Positions 48,894-58,774 of a DNA stretch of 60,108 nt are shown here, one piece after another. Source of the stretch: Burkholderiaceae bacterium (lineage in GTDB: Bacteria; Pseudomonadota; Gammaproteobacteria; Burkholderiales; Burkholderiaceae_F). The notes beneath the pieces were generated by a model. It was not told where the DNA came from and did not search any database. It saw only the letters and a program-made list of their open reading frames with translations. Numbering within the stretch: position 1 is the stretch's first letter; every line of letters starts with the position of its first letter. The DNA is taken from contig JAFNZB010000264.1 of the NCBI GenBank assembly GCA_017383055.1, positions 1 to 60,108 on the forward strand, given 5' to 3'. The translations under genes and the position numbers were made by a program.

Positions 48894-49505
48894 TTATTCT
48901 TCAGTTGTATCGTTTTCGACGGCGGCAACGGCTCGCTCACCGCTCGTGTCTTCTGCCATTGCCGCATCAACTTCTTCGTTGAGCGCTTCCCATTCTTTAG
49001 CCAAGGCATCACTCTTATTTTCTGAAATCAAAGCACTAGGTGGTTCCCAATTGAGGATGCTGGCACAGACTTCAACCGGATTGGCTGCGGCACGCAATTG
49101 ATCACAAAGCTTTTTGTTTTGAAGCATGCGGATGCATTCCCGAAGCAATGGGATGTAGGCTTCGTCATCGTCACTTTCGGGTACGACCAAGAAAAAGAAC
49201 AAATCGATTGGTTTGGTATCGATTGGCTCCGGATCGATATGAATCGGACGAGACAAAAGAATTAAAGCCGCCATCGGCTTGGTGATGTTTGGCAAACGAC
49301 AATGGGGCAAGGCTACACCCTTGCCCAAAGTGTTGTTACCAAGGCGTTCGCGAGCAAAAAGCGACTCAAAGACGGTCGTATGCGGTACACCGCTCATTTG
49401 AAAAAGCAAACTGGCTTCTTCAAACACACGCTTTTTCGTCATTCGTTGTAATGGATTGGCGAAAATGACGCGAGAGGTCGGTAGGTACTGCAAAATTTGG
49501 TTCAT
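48894..49505 (-). CDS. ptsN: PTS EIIA-Ntr-like protein
   Basis: KKRVFE, L.ARERLG, GVALPHCR (phospho-His), LFFFLVVPE; acidic C-terminal tail. Confidence 0.8.
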   Translation of the reverse strand: MNQILQYLPTSRVIFANPLQRMTKKRVFEEASLLFQMSGVPHTTVFESLFARERLGNNTLGKGVALPHCRLPNITKPMAALILLSRPIHIDPEPIDTKPIDLFFFLVVPESDDDEAYIPLLRECIRMLQNKKLCDQLRAAANPVEVCASILNWEPPSALISENKSDALAKEWEALNEEVDAAMAEDTSGERAVAAVENDTTEE

Positions 49506-49516
49506 AGCCCACACTC

Positions 49517-50335
49517 TTACATGCGGAAAGCTTCACCCAAGTACGCACGACGAACGGCTTCGTTTTGAACGATATCCTTCGGATGACCGCTCGCCAAGAC
49601 CGTACCGTCACAAATGATGTATGCGTGGTCACAGATCCCCAACGTTTCACGCACGTTATGGTCAGTGATCAAAACACCGATACCGCGATTTTTCAGGAAT
49701 CGGATAATACGTTGAATTTCGATCACGGCAATGGGGTCCACGCCGGCAAACGGTTCGTCAAGCAAAATGAAGTTCGGCTCTGCTGCCAACGCACGAGCAA
49801 TTTCGGTACGACGTCGTTCGCCACCCGAGAGGCTGATAGCCATGTTGGTTCGCAAGTGCGTGATTTGCAACTCTTCGAGCAAGGACTCGAGTTTTTCATC
49901 GACGACCTTGGAGGTATAGGCCTTACCATTTTCGTCCGTTTGCAATTCAAGAATTGCACGGATGTTTTCTTCAACGGTCAGGCGACGGAATACCGATGCT
50001 TCTTGCGGCAAATAAGACACACCCATACGAGAGCGGCGATAAATCGGCATGTGGGAGATGGACTCGCCGTTCAAGTCAATCGTGCCACCATCAGCCACAA
50101 CTAAGCCGACCACCATATTAAAGGTTGTCGTTTTGCCAGCACCGTTCGGGCCTAACAAGCCGACGACTTCACCGCTCTTGACGGACAAGGACACGTCTTT
50201 AACGACCAAGCGACTACCGTAATGCTTTTTGAGTCCTTTGGCTTCCAAAACGTGAGTCGCTTGCGGGGCACTTTGCGTTTGTGCCGTTTCACTATCGGTC
50301 ACGTTGGTTTCTTTGACGATATTTTCGATTGCCAT
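49517..50335 (-). CDS. lptB: LPS export ABC ATPase
   Basis: [55 protein letters not shown]. Confidence 0.97.
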   Translation of the reverse strand: MAIENIVKETNVTDSETAQTQSAPQATHVLEAKGLKKHYGSRLVVKDVSLSVKSGEVVGLLGPNGAGKTTTFNMVVGLVVADGGTIDLNGESISHMPIYRRSRMGVSYLPQEASVFRRLTVEENIRAILELQTDENGKAYTSKVVDEKLESLLEELQITHLRTNMAISLSGGERRRTEIARALAAEPNFILLDEPFAGVDPIAVIEIQRIIRFLKNRGIGVLITDHNVRETLGICDHAYIICDGTVLASGHPKDIVQNEAVRRAYLGEAFRM

Positions 50336-50375
50336 CTTTTGTGTTTCTTACGAAATCTCAGATTGTTCGCACGAC

Positions 50376-50951
50376 TTAAGGTGCGGAAATCTTGGTTGAA
50401 GAATTAAGTTTGGTTGCCGGCGTCTCAGAGTCTGGATTGACCTTGTTTCGAGGCGCAATAACCGTACTGGCGCGGCCACTGGTGGAACCTTGAATAATTG
50501 TACGTGAACGATGGGAGTCGTAAACGATACGATTACCTTCGGTTTGATCCTTCACGATGCCGTTTTCAGTACGAGCAACTTTCGCATTTTGATAAAGCGT
50601 GATAATGCCGCTGGCTTCTTCGTAGACGATACGTTGAGCTTCAGCTTCGAACCACTCTTCAATGCCCTTGGTGCTCGGGTCGCGTCGTTGGCGGAATTGG
50701 GCCTTTTTGCCTGTCAATTCCATTTGACGATATCCCTTGGCATTCTCGGTAATAATCAATTTAGCGCCCGTCATTTTCAATGTACCTTGACGGACGACGA
50801 CATTGCCGGAGTACGTTGCAATTTGATCGACTTGATTGGCTTTAAACGAGGTAGCCTCAACAGAAATCGGTTTTTCTTTGTCGGATGCGTCGGCCAGTGC
50901 GATCGACGAGCTTAAAGCCAAAACCAACGAGGTAATGAACCACTTTTTCAT
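50376..50951 (-). CDS. lptA: LPS transport periplasmic protein
   Basis: Signal peptide, D..KPI.VEA, GNVVVRQGTL, FRQRRD, G.RI.YD. Confidence 0.9.
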   Translation of the reverse strand: MKKWFITSLVLALSSSIALADASDKEKPISVEATSFKANQVDQIATYSGNVVVRQGTLKMTGAKLIITENAKGYRQMELTGKKAQFRQRRDPSTKGIEEWFEAEAQRIVYEEASGIITLYQNAKVARTENGIVKDQTEGNRIVYDSHRSRTIIQGSTSGRASTVIAPRNKVNPDSETPATKLNSSTKISAP

Positions 50952-50961
50952 ATTTCTACCT

Positions 50962-51555
50962 TTATTGTGGCGTCAAGAGGTTTTTCGAGTTGGCCTTGGG
51001 TTGGATGACCGTTTTCACGTTCTTTTTAAGCTCAACCGTTTGTTCGACATTGTCAAAGATCATGCCTTCGCCTTCCATACGATCTTGGCCGCTAGTCATG
51101 ACGACATGCGAGTCACTTTCAATCAAGTTGCTTTCCGGATAAACCGTCACTTGTTGCGTTTCAATTTGGGTTAAAGGCGTTTTTTCATTGGCTTCACGGA
51201 CGATTTTTACGCTGCCTTCAAACACGAACGTTTCGCCACCGTCATCGGAACGGCCCGATTGAGCACTGGCTTTGGTGACCTGCTCGTTCGGTGCTACGCT
51301 GATGGCGCGAGGCTCGATCATGGTGATTCGATCATCAGAATAGTGCTTGAATTCTTGAGCCTGGAGCTTGGATTTGGCCATGCCGTTTTCATCAAATTGC
51401 ACCATTGAAATGTCTTTGGCAATGAAATCGGGCGAATTTTCATTCGGAACGTATTTCAGATTGCTATAAGAGGCGCGTACGGCATACCAATAGCTGGCTG
51501 CAATGAGCGTCAGCAACAAGATAATAGCCACGATCGCCGTCATTCGTTCACGCAT
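50962..51555 (-). CDS. lptC: LPS export protein LptC
   Basis: Single N-terminal TM, PDF......FDE.G, beta-jellyroll; kdsC-lptC-lptA synteny. Confidence 0.85.
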   Translation of the reverse strand: MRERMTAIVAIILLLTLIAASYWYAVRASYSNLKYVPNENSPDFIAKDISMVQFDENGMAKSKLQAQEFKHYSDDRITMIEPRAISVAPNEQVTKASAQSGRSDDGGETFVFEGSVKIVREANEKTPLTQIETQQVTVYPESNLIESDSHVVMTSGQDRMEGEGMIFDNVEQTVELKKNVKTVIQPKANSKNLLTPQ

Positions 51556-51570
51556 AAAGATAATCCTTTA

Positions 51571-52125
51571 TCAATAGCGATGCTTCGCATTCGGATCCGG
51601 ATTCAAGAACATATTTTCAATCGTCCAGTTCATGCGATTTTGAGCCGTCAAGATTAACTCAGCCAAATCACGAACGGCGCCATCGCCGCCCTTAAAAGCG
51701 CTCTTGAAATGACAGACCTTTTGGATGTGAGAGTTGGCATCAGCCGGGCAAGCTGCTAAACCGACTTTTTGAATCACGGCATAGTCCGGCAAGTCATCAC
51801 CGATGTAAGCGATTTCGTTTTCGGTGAGATGGACTTCTCCCAACAATTCCTCTAAACCCTTGACCTTATCGCGTTGACCTTGTCGAACGTTTGTTACGCC
51901 CAACTCTTTCATTCGTGTTGCAAGGATTTTCGAAGAACGGGCTGTCAAAATAGCCACGTCAATGCCGTTAGCCATCAACATTTTGATGCCTAAGCCGTCT
52001 TTGACATTGAAAGCTTTGAACAGTTCGCCTTCGTTACCGATATAGATTTTGCCGTCGGTCAAAACACCGTCGACGTCACAGATCAGCAATTTGATTTTTT
52101 CTGCGCGTTGTTGAAGCGAGAGCAT
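51571..52125 (-). CDS. kdsC: KDO 8-phosphate phosphatase
   Basis: DVDGVLTDG, KAFNVKDGLG, YIGDDLPD, GG.GAVR. Confidence 0.93.
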   Translation of the reverse strand: MLSLQQRAEKIKLLICDVDGVLTDGKIYIGNEGELFKAFNVKDGLGIKMLMANGIDVAILTARSSKILATRMKELGVTNVRQGQRDKVKGLEELLGEVHLTENEIAYIGDDLPDYAVIQKVGLAACPADANSHIQKVCHFKSAFKGGDGAVRDLAELILTAQNRMNWTIENMFLNPDPNAKHRY

Positions 52126-52147
52126 AAAAACCTTCAATATCAATAAA

Positions 52148-53137
52148 TTAGATAACTTTTGCCGTCATGAGGTCGTGGACGTGCAATGCGCCGATAAGGT
52201 GCTTATTTTCGTCGATAACCAACAATTGATTGCAAAGCGTCTCATCCAAGATTCGTGCAGCTTCGGCAGCCAAGGCTTCAGCTCGAATCGTTTTGGGGTT
52301 GGGGGTCATCACGTCGGCAATCTTCATATTACGAATGTCACCCACCTTTTCAATGAGGCGACGCAAATCGCCTTCGGTGAAGATGCCGACAACCTCGCGA
52401 TTGTTGTTAATGACGGCCGTCATACCGATGTGTTTGCGTGTGATTTCTCGAATAGCATCCAACACGGAAACTTTTTCGAGCACGGCCGGAACATTGTCGC
52501 CACTGCGCATAACATCGGACACGTGCATTAAGAGACGACGGCCTAAAGCACCGCCCGGGTGGGAACGAGCGAAATCCTCGCTCTTGAAACCTTTAGCAGC
52601 CATGCAGGCAATCGCCAAAGCGTCGCCTAAAGCCAACGTTGCCGTTGTACTGGTGGTCGGGGCCAAATTGAGCGGACAGGCTTCGACCTTTACGCCGACA
52701 TCCAAGTGAACGGTCGCGTGTTTGGCTAAAGCACTTTCTTCAGAACTCGTCATGGCAATCAAGGGGGTGCCTTCGCGCTTTAAGACCGGAACAATGGTGA
52801 GCAATTCGCTAGTTGTGCCGGAATTGGAGATGCCGATTACAACATCGTCTTTTGTAATCATCCCGAGGTCGCCATGAGCCGCTTCAGCCGCATGAACGAA
52901 GAAGGCGGGAGTACCGGTAGAGGCCAAGGTGGCGGCAAGTTTGCGACCGATATGACCGCTCTTGCCTACGCCGGAAACGACAACACGTCCCTTACACGCA
53001 AGCAGTAACTTGACGGCAGCCAAGAACGGTTCACCAAGCGTGTCGGCTAAATTGTGCAATGCTTGAGCTTCGTCTTGGAGAACATCTTTAGCCAAAGCCA
53101 AGGTGATTTCGGAGGAGTAAACGTGTTCAGTCATCAT
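52148..53137 (-). CDS. kdsD: Arabinose 5-phosphate isomerase (KpsF/GutQ)
   Basis: GKSGHIG, ASTGTPAFFVH, EAAHGDLG, EACPLNLAPT, HPGGALG, CBS pair. Confidence 0.95.
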   Translation of the reverse strand: MMTEHVYSSEITLALAKDVLQDEAQALHNLADTLGEPFLAAVKLLLACKGRVVVSGVGKSGHIGRKLAATLASTGTPAFFVHAAEAAHGDLGMITKDDVVIGISNSGTTSELLTIVPVLKREGTPLIAMTSSEESALAKHATVHLDVGVKVEACPLNLAPTTSTTATLALGDALAIACMAAKGFKSEDFARSHPGGALGRRLLMHVSDVMRSGDNVPAVLEKVSVLDAIREITRKHIGMTAVINNNREVVGIFTEGDLRRLIEKVGDIRNMKIADVMTPNPKTIRAEALAAEAARILDETLCNQLLVIDENKHLIGALHVHDLMTAKVI

Positions 53138-53219
53138 GAAGAGTCCCTAATGGTTTAACTTTCAATGATACCATTTGGTGGGAAAGCTTCGCTCAAAAAG
53201 GAAGATAAAGCTTAATAAA

Positions 53220-53246
53220 AAGTGCCAAGTTCAATACTTGGCACTT
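53220..53246 (-). terminator. Terminator after the ABC ATPase gene
   Basis: AAGTGCCAAGT-tcaat-ACTTGGCACTT, T-tract on - strand. Confidence 0.82.
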
Positions 53247-53284
53247 GTTGTGTGGAATCGACAGACAGAATGAACAGAATTCGG

Positions 53285-54022
53285 TCAGTGATTCAAGATC
53301 TTGGAGAGGAATTTCACGGCGCGGTCGGACTTCGGTTTCGTGAAGAACTGCTCGCTCGGTGCGTCTTCAATGATCATGCCGTCTTCCATGAAAATGACAC
53401 GATCGGCAACGCGACGAGCAAAGCCCATTTCGTGAGTCACGACCATCATCGTCATGCCTTCCTTCGCTAACTCGGACATGACGTCGAGCACTTCGTTGAT
53501 CATTTCGGGGTCAAGAGCGGAAGTCGGTTCATCAAACAACATACAAACCGGATCCATGGCCAATGCGCGAGCGATTGCTACGCGTTGTTGTTGACCGCCT
53601 GAAAGTTGGCCGGGGAACTTGTTGGCGTGGGCCTTCAAATTCACTCGTTCAAGTAACTCCAATCCGCGAGCGACTGCTTCGTCACGGGAACGACCAAGGA
53701 CTTTCATTTGCGCCAATGCTAAGTTGTCCGTAATCGATAAGTGCGGGAACAATTCGAAATGTTGGAAAACCATACCGATATTGGTACGTAACTTCGGCAA
53801 ATTAGTCTTCGGATCGCCTACGCTGATGCCGTTGACGATGATTTCACCTTGTTCAAACGGTTCTAATGCGTTGACCGTTTTAATCAACGTGGATTTGCCG
53901 GAACCGGACGGACCGCAGACAACAATCACTTCCCCTTTTTGTACTTCCACAGAACAGTTCTTTAAAACTTGGAAGTTTTCGTTGTACCACTTGCTGACGT
54001 TTTTGATTTCAATCATTGCCAT
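53285..54022 (-). CDS. gltL: Polar amino-acid ABC transporter ATPase (GltL/GlnQ family)
   Basis: [59 protein letters not shown]. Confidence 0.85.
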   Translation of the reverse strand: MAMIEIKNVSKWYNENFQVLKNCSVEVQKGEVIVVCGPSGSGKSTLIKTVNALEPFEQGEIIVNGISVGDPKTNLPKLRTNIGMVFQHFELFPHLSITDNLALAQMKVLGRSRDEAVARGLELLERVNLKAHANKFPGQLSGGQQQRVAIARALAMDPVCMLFDEPTSALDPEMINEVLDVMSELAKEGMTMMVVTHEMGFARRVADRVIFMEDGMIIEDAPSEQFFTKPKSDRAVKFLSKILNH

Positions 54023-54046
54023 GGTGTTATTTCCTTGTGAGGGGAT

Positions 54047-54817
54047 TTACTCGTCTGCGATGTTGGAGAAATCCGGCTTACGACCTTCTTGAAAGGCTTG
54101 GCAAGCTTCTTTGGCTTCTGCGCTTTGCAAACGATTGGCGATTGTCGTTTGTTCGGATTTGATGGCGCTCGAGAGCTCATGAGCTAAACTTTGGCGCAAA
54201 AGTGCTTTGGTTGCACGGAGGCTACCCAAGGGGAGCGTTGTTAAGCGAGCGGCACGGGCGAGCGTTTCTTCCAAGACCTTATCGTCATCAACGATACCGT
54301 TGACGATCCCCATGTCATAGGCTTCCATGGCATCGATCGGTTCGCTTAACAACATCTTTTCCGCCGCTTTATGGAAGCCGGCGCGTTGCACCACCATCTT
54401 CGACAAACCGTACTCGGGCGTTAAACCCAAAGCCGTAAACGGCATGGAGAAAAGTGCCTTCTTGCCACAATACACGATGTCGCAGTAATAAAGCATTGCC
54501 ACGCCTAAACCCAAAGAGGGACCACGAACAGCAGCCAAGACAGGTTTGTCAAATGCGATCATTGCTTGGATGAGTGCATCAAAGGCTGCTTGGTTGGCTT
54601 CGGTGCGTTGAAGGTTTTCGGTAATGTCGACGCCGGCGCAGAAAATCGTGTCATTACCTGACAACACGACGACTCGTACTTCGGGGTCACGCTGCGCTTG
54701 CGCAAGCAGCTCAACCAAGGTGGCACAAGCTTGAGCATTCAACGTATTGCGCTTTTCGGGACGGGTAATGCCGATGTGACACACCCCCGCGTTCATAGTG
54801 ACGGAAAAATCAGCCAT
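54047..54817 (-). CDS. Enoyl-CoA hydratase/isomerase (crotonase) family protein
   Basis: RPEKRN.L, FCAGVD, KPVLAAV.G, PFTALGLTPE, AF.E.RKPDF. Confidence 0.88.
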   Translation of the reverse strand: MADFSVTMNAGVCHIGITRPEKRNTLNAQACATLVELLAQAQRDPEVRVVVLSGNDTIFCAGVDITENLQRTEANQAAFDALIQAMIAFDKPVLAAVRGPSLGLGVAMLYYCDIVYCGKKALFSMPFTALGLTPEYGLSKMVVQRAGFHKAAEKMLLSEPIDAMEAYDMGIVNGIVDDDKVLEETLARAARLTTLPLGSLRATKALLRQSLAHELSSAIKSEQTTIANRLQSAEAKEACQAFQEGRKPDFSNIADE

Positions 54818-54820
54818 AAA

Positions 54821-57496
54821 TCAAATTTTCTTCACAAAAGTAATGAATTGAGTATCAAAGTCGGAACCGTCGATACGGGTGTAGCCGAGCGATTCCATTA
54901 AAGCGAACATGGATTCATTGCCACGCAAAACATAGCCGACCAACATCGTGATGCCATTGAGTCGAGCCTTTTCGTGCAAGGCGTTCATCAGCAATTTCGC
55001 TAGGCCGCGGCGTTGCCATGCATCTTCAACGACCAAACCGAATTCGGCAGTTGAGGAGCCGTTGATGCGTTTGTAGCGAGCAACAGCTCGAATCATTTCC
55101 GGATATTCGTAATCTTGAGCCGTGACCGCAACTTCACGGTTGTAATCAAGATTGGTCAATTCCACGATTTTTTCTCGAGCCAAATCGGTGTTTGAGATGT
55201 GGAAACGTAAATATGCACTTTGCGGTGACAAACGAGCAATGAAATTCTTAACGGCTTCGTAGTCTTCAGCACGAATCGAACGCAAAATCACTCGACCTTG
55301 TCGCAAGTTATGGAGTGCGTTGTCGAATTTTGGTTCGGGGCTAATCACCATGTGGCTCGTCATTTCGTCACGGATCAATGCGGCGTTGACAAGACCGATA
55401 CTAGCATCCAAAACGATGCAGCCACCATCATCGATCAAGATCGGGTCAATCGTTAACTGACGAATTGCCGGGATTTCTGTCATCAAATTGGACAGGCGCA
55501 TTAAAACATTCCGTAATGCGTCACGATTGATGGCTTTCATACCGCGGAACCGACCGAGTAATCGGGCTATTTTCGGTGCGTCAATCAATTGGTTGGTCAA
55601 AGGCTCGGTCAACGGGAGCAATTCGACAGCGCTATCTTGATAAATTTCTCCGATATAGCCCCCAAAACCAAATCGGACATAAGGACCGAAACACGGGTCC
55701 GTTTGAATGTCGATGGCCAATTCACGACCGTTCGTTTGCTTGATAAGACGCTGAACGTAAATGCCTCGAATCAATGCATAAGGGGCTTGAGTTTTGACTG
55801 TATCAATCAAACGTTGGCTAGCTTCATACACTTCGTTTTCCGTACGAAGGTCCAAGGCGACGCCTCCGACATTGCTCTTATGGTGGATGCCGTCAGCCAA
55901 AACTTTCAACACCACAGGCATGCCAAGCGTTTTAGCGGCATCGACGGCCTCAATCGGGGAGTGTACGATGATTCCTGATGCCGTGGTCAAACCGATACTG
56001 GCCAAAACTTTCTTTGTCTCGTATTCATTGAGCGTGAAGCGGTCGGCTTTGAGCGCTTGATCAATGATGTCTCGAGCCGCTTGCGTGTCGATCGGGAATC
56101 GATGATCATTTTCAGGCGTAGCCGTTACTTGGAATCGTTGATTGTCGGCATAGCGAGAAAGCCAGGAGAAAGCTTGAATAGCGACTTCCGGGCTCTTGAG
56201 TGCCGTGATACGTTTTTCCAATAAGCGCTTGCGAGCATCGATTGTTTCATACTCGCCAATCCATGCTGTAAACAAGGGCTTATAAGACGAAGCCGTCGAC
56301 CAAACCAAGGCATCGCAGACTTTGTCGAGCGGAGCCATCACGCTAGGAGCCGTGATGACTAAAACGGCGTCGATGTTTTCGTCTTGATTGAGTGCATCCA
56401 ATGCCAATTTGATACGACGGGGATCGGCGTTAGCACCCAGATCCACGGGATTGGTAATCGGCAAAGGAGAGTCGACCAACGCTTGGATTTTTTCGATGGT
56501 CGTTCGAGATAGGCTCGGTAAAGAGACGCCGGCATAACTGGCAGCGTCAGCGGCCAAAACACCAAAGCCACTGCCGTTACAGATGATGCCCAAACGATTG
56601 GCTCGAGGTTGGCGGCGATCGCTAAAGGCCTCAATCGCAGCTAATAGTTCATCCAAATTGTGGACGCGGATAGCCCCCGCGCGCTCTAAGAGCGCGTTGA
56701 ACACTTGGTCATCGCCGGCCGGGATGGCCATACGGTTTGCCAATAAGTGGCCCGATGCCATGCTTTTCCCACCGCGTAAGACAATAACGGGTTTGTGTTG
56801 GGATGCGGCACGAATCGAGGAGAAGAATTCACGCGGATTTCGCACGCCTTCAACATGCAAAACAATTGTTCGGGTCTTTTTGTCTTGAGCTAAAAAGTCG
56901 ATGACTTCGCTCATGGACACGTCGATTTCATCACCCGTATTGATAATGCTGGAAAATCCCAGACCACTTTCGCGAGCGTAGGCTAAGACGGAGGTGCCAA
57001 TCACACCCGATTGGGAAACGAAGCCGATATCGCCAGCAGCGGGTAACTCAGTCCAATAGCTGGCATTGAGGGACAATTCGGGACGAAGAATCCCAAGGCA
57101 ATCTGTACCGATTAATCGGATGCCGAGGTGGTTGGCTTTGTTAACAACGTTGGCTTGCCACACTTGTTGGGAAGTGATTTTCGGATCACTCGGCGGAATC
57201 GCAACCCAACGAATACCCTTTTGGGCAATTTCGTCTAACAACGACTCTAACTTTTGCGGTGGCGTTGCTGCAATAGCCAAATCAATGGAATCATTAATGT
57301 CTTTAAGCGAGGCATGGCAAGGAACATCCCCCAAGTATTTGTACTTGGGATTGACGGCATAAACTTTTCCTTGGAATTGACCGCCGATCAGGCTACTCCA
57401 CAAAATGGTGCCCAAAGAACCCGCACGATCGCTGGCTCCGAGAACAGCGATGCTTTTGGGGGCAAGCGCACGATGTAAACAGTGTTGAATATCCAT
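54821..57496 (-). CDS. NDP-forming acyl-CoA synthetase-like / GNAT protein lysine acetyltransferase (Pat/PatZ family)
   Basis: P.SIAVLGAS, SQSG, NPVDL, ATP-grasp-like HKSNVGGV, C-terminal GNAT AEFGLVV...WQRRGLA..LM, N..M..L...LGY. Confidence 0.85.
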   Translation of the reverse strand: MDIQHCLHRALAPKSIAVLGASDRAGSLGTILWSSLIGGQFQGKVYAVNPKYKYLGDVPCHASLKDINDSIDLAIAATPPQKLESLLDEIAQKGIRWVAIPPSDPKITSQQVWQANVVNKANHLGIRLIGTDCLGILRPELSLNASYWTELPAAGDIGFVSQSGVIGTSVLAYARESGLGFSSIINTGDEIDVSMSEVIDFLAQDKKTRTIVLHVEGVRNPREFFSSIRAASQHKPVIVLRGGKSMASGHLLANRMAIPAGDDQVFNALLERAGAIRVHNLDELLAAIEAFSDRRQPRANRLGIICNGSGFGVLAADAASYAGVSLPSLSRTTIEKIQALVDSPLPITNPVDLGANADPRRIKLALDALNQDENIDAVLVITAPSVMAPLDKVCDALVWSTASSYKPLFTAWIGEYETIDARKRLLEKRITALKSPEVAIQAFSWLSRYADNQRFQVTATPENDHRFPIDTQAARDIIDQALKADRFTLNEYETKKVLASIGLTTASGIIVHSPIEAVDAAKTLGMPVVLKVLADGIHHKSNVGGVALDLRTENEVYEASQRLIDTVKTQAPYALIRGIYVQRLIKQTNGRELAIDIQTDPCFGPYVRFGFGGYIGEIYQDSAVELLPLTEPLTNQLIDAPKIARLLGRFRGMKAINRDALRNVLMRLSNLMTEIPAIRQLTIDPILIDDGGCIVLDASIGLVNAALIRDEMTSHMVISPEPKFDNALHNLRQGRVILRSIRAEDYEAVKNFIARLSPQSAYLRFHISNTDLAREKIVELTNLDYNREVAVTAQDYEYPEMIRAVARYKRINGSSTAEFGLVVEDAWQRRGLAKLLMNALHEKARLNGITMLVGYVLRGNESMFALMESLGYTRIDGSDFDTQFITFVKKI

Positions 57497-57650
57497 GCTC
57501 ACAGACAAGAAAATGTTAACGACAGACGACAAACGTTCTGAAATGTACAGAATCTGATTATTTTAGACGAAAAGGGCCTTTTGGACTTGAAAGACCTTTG
57601 TTTATCTGAGACAAAAGGCCTAGCTTTGTCGCTAGGAGGAGCCTTACGTT

Positions 57651-57659
57651 TGATAAAAT
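57651..57659 (+). promoter_or_regulatory. Putative extended -10 promoter of mtnA
   Basis: TG-A-TAAAAT about 27 nt before the ATG; SD AAGGAG at 57675-57680. Confidence 0.45.
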
Positions 57660-57685
57660 TGATAGTCTAGTCAGAAGGAGATTTT

Positions 57686-58774
57686 ATGAAAGTCGATGGC
57701 ATCCATACTCGCAGTATTTGGTCGCTTGATAACGGTCAGGCCGTCGGTATCGTTGACCAAACGTTATTGCCCTTTAAATTTGAGAAAAAAATTCTTCGTA
57801 CTTGGCGTGAAATTCAAGAGGCAATCGGCAACATGCGTGTTCGAGGCGCACCTTTGATCGGGATCGCCGGAGCATGGGGTATGGTGATGGCTATCAAAGA
57901 ATCTCCTGAAGATGAGGCTATTCATGAAGCGCGTTCCGCTTTAATCGGTACGCGTCCGACGGCTGTGGATCTTCAATGGGGGGTTGATCGCATCGTCACT
58001 CGCGTGATGTCATTCGAGCCCCATGAGCGCTTTAATGAAGCGGTCCGTTTGGCAGAGAAGATGACGCAAGAAAACGTGATTGCCAATCGCGCCATCGGGA
58101 CGCATGGAGCGAAGCTCATCGCGCAGATTTATGCTCAAAAGCGCGAACCGGTCAATATTTTGACTCACTGTAATGCCGGTTGGTTGGCTACGGTGGATTT
58201 CGGTACGGCGTTGTCTGCTATCTATATCGCAATGGAACAAGGTATTCCCTTGCACGTTTGGGTTGATGAAACGCGCCCGCGTAATCAAGGTTTACTGACA
58301 GCGTGGGAGTTGGCTGCACATGGTGTGCCACATACGTTGATCGCTGACAATGCCGGCGGCCATTTAATGCAACACCGAGATGTCGATATGGTGATTGTTG
58401 GTGCAGATCGCATTACTTCGGCCGGTGATGTTGCCAATAAAATCGGTACCTACTTAAAGGCTTTGGCGGCTCGTGATATGGACGTTCCTTTCTATGTTGC
58501 GGCACCTTCTTCTACGATCGATTGGTCGATCAGCGATGGTAAACATAGCATCACGATTGAAAATCGCAGTGCCGATGAATTGCGATATGTCAGCGGTGTC
58601 AACGCACTAGGTCAAGTTGAGAAAGTGGCGATTGTCGGTTCGGAGACGAATATTGAAAATCCGGCGTTTGATGTTACTCCGGCTCGCTTGGTGACGGGCA
58701 TCATTACCGAGCGCGGTGTTTGTGCTCCGCAGGAGCTGATGCATCTTTTCCCTGAAGAGTCTCGCCAAGGATGA
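57686..58774 (+). CDS. mtnA: S-methyl-5-thioribose-1-phosphate (5-deoxyribose-1-P) isomerase
   Basis: DQTLLP, M.VRGAPLIG, RPTAV.L, LTHCNAG.LAT, DETRP.NQG, GADRI, NKIGTY, NPAFDVTP. Confidence 0.96.
   Translation: MKVDGIHTRSIWSLDNGQAVGIVDQTLLPFKFEKKILRTWREIQEAIGNMRVRGAPLIGIAGAWGMVMAIKESPEDEAIHEARSALIGTRPTAVDLQWGVDRIVTRVMSFEPHERFNEAVRLAEKMTQENVIANRAIGTHGAKLIAQIYAQKREPVNILTHCNAGWLATVDFGTALSAIYIAMEQGIPLHVWVDETRPRNQGLLTAWELAAHGVPHTLIADNAGGHLMQHRDVDMVIVGADRITSAGDVANKIGTYLKALAARDMDVPFYVAAPSSTIDWSISDGKHSITIENRSADELRYVSGVNALGQVEKVAIVGSETNIENPAFDVTPARLVTGIITERGVCAPQELMHLFPEESRQG

Noticed and set aside
57533-57685. SAM/SAH riboswitch upstream of mtnA
   Set aside because: No recognisable aptamer consensus, and the likely promoter leaves only an approximately 20-nt leader
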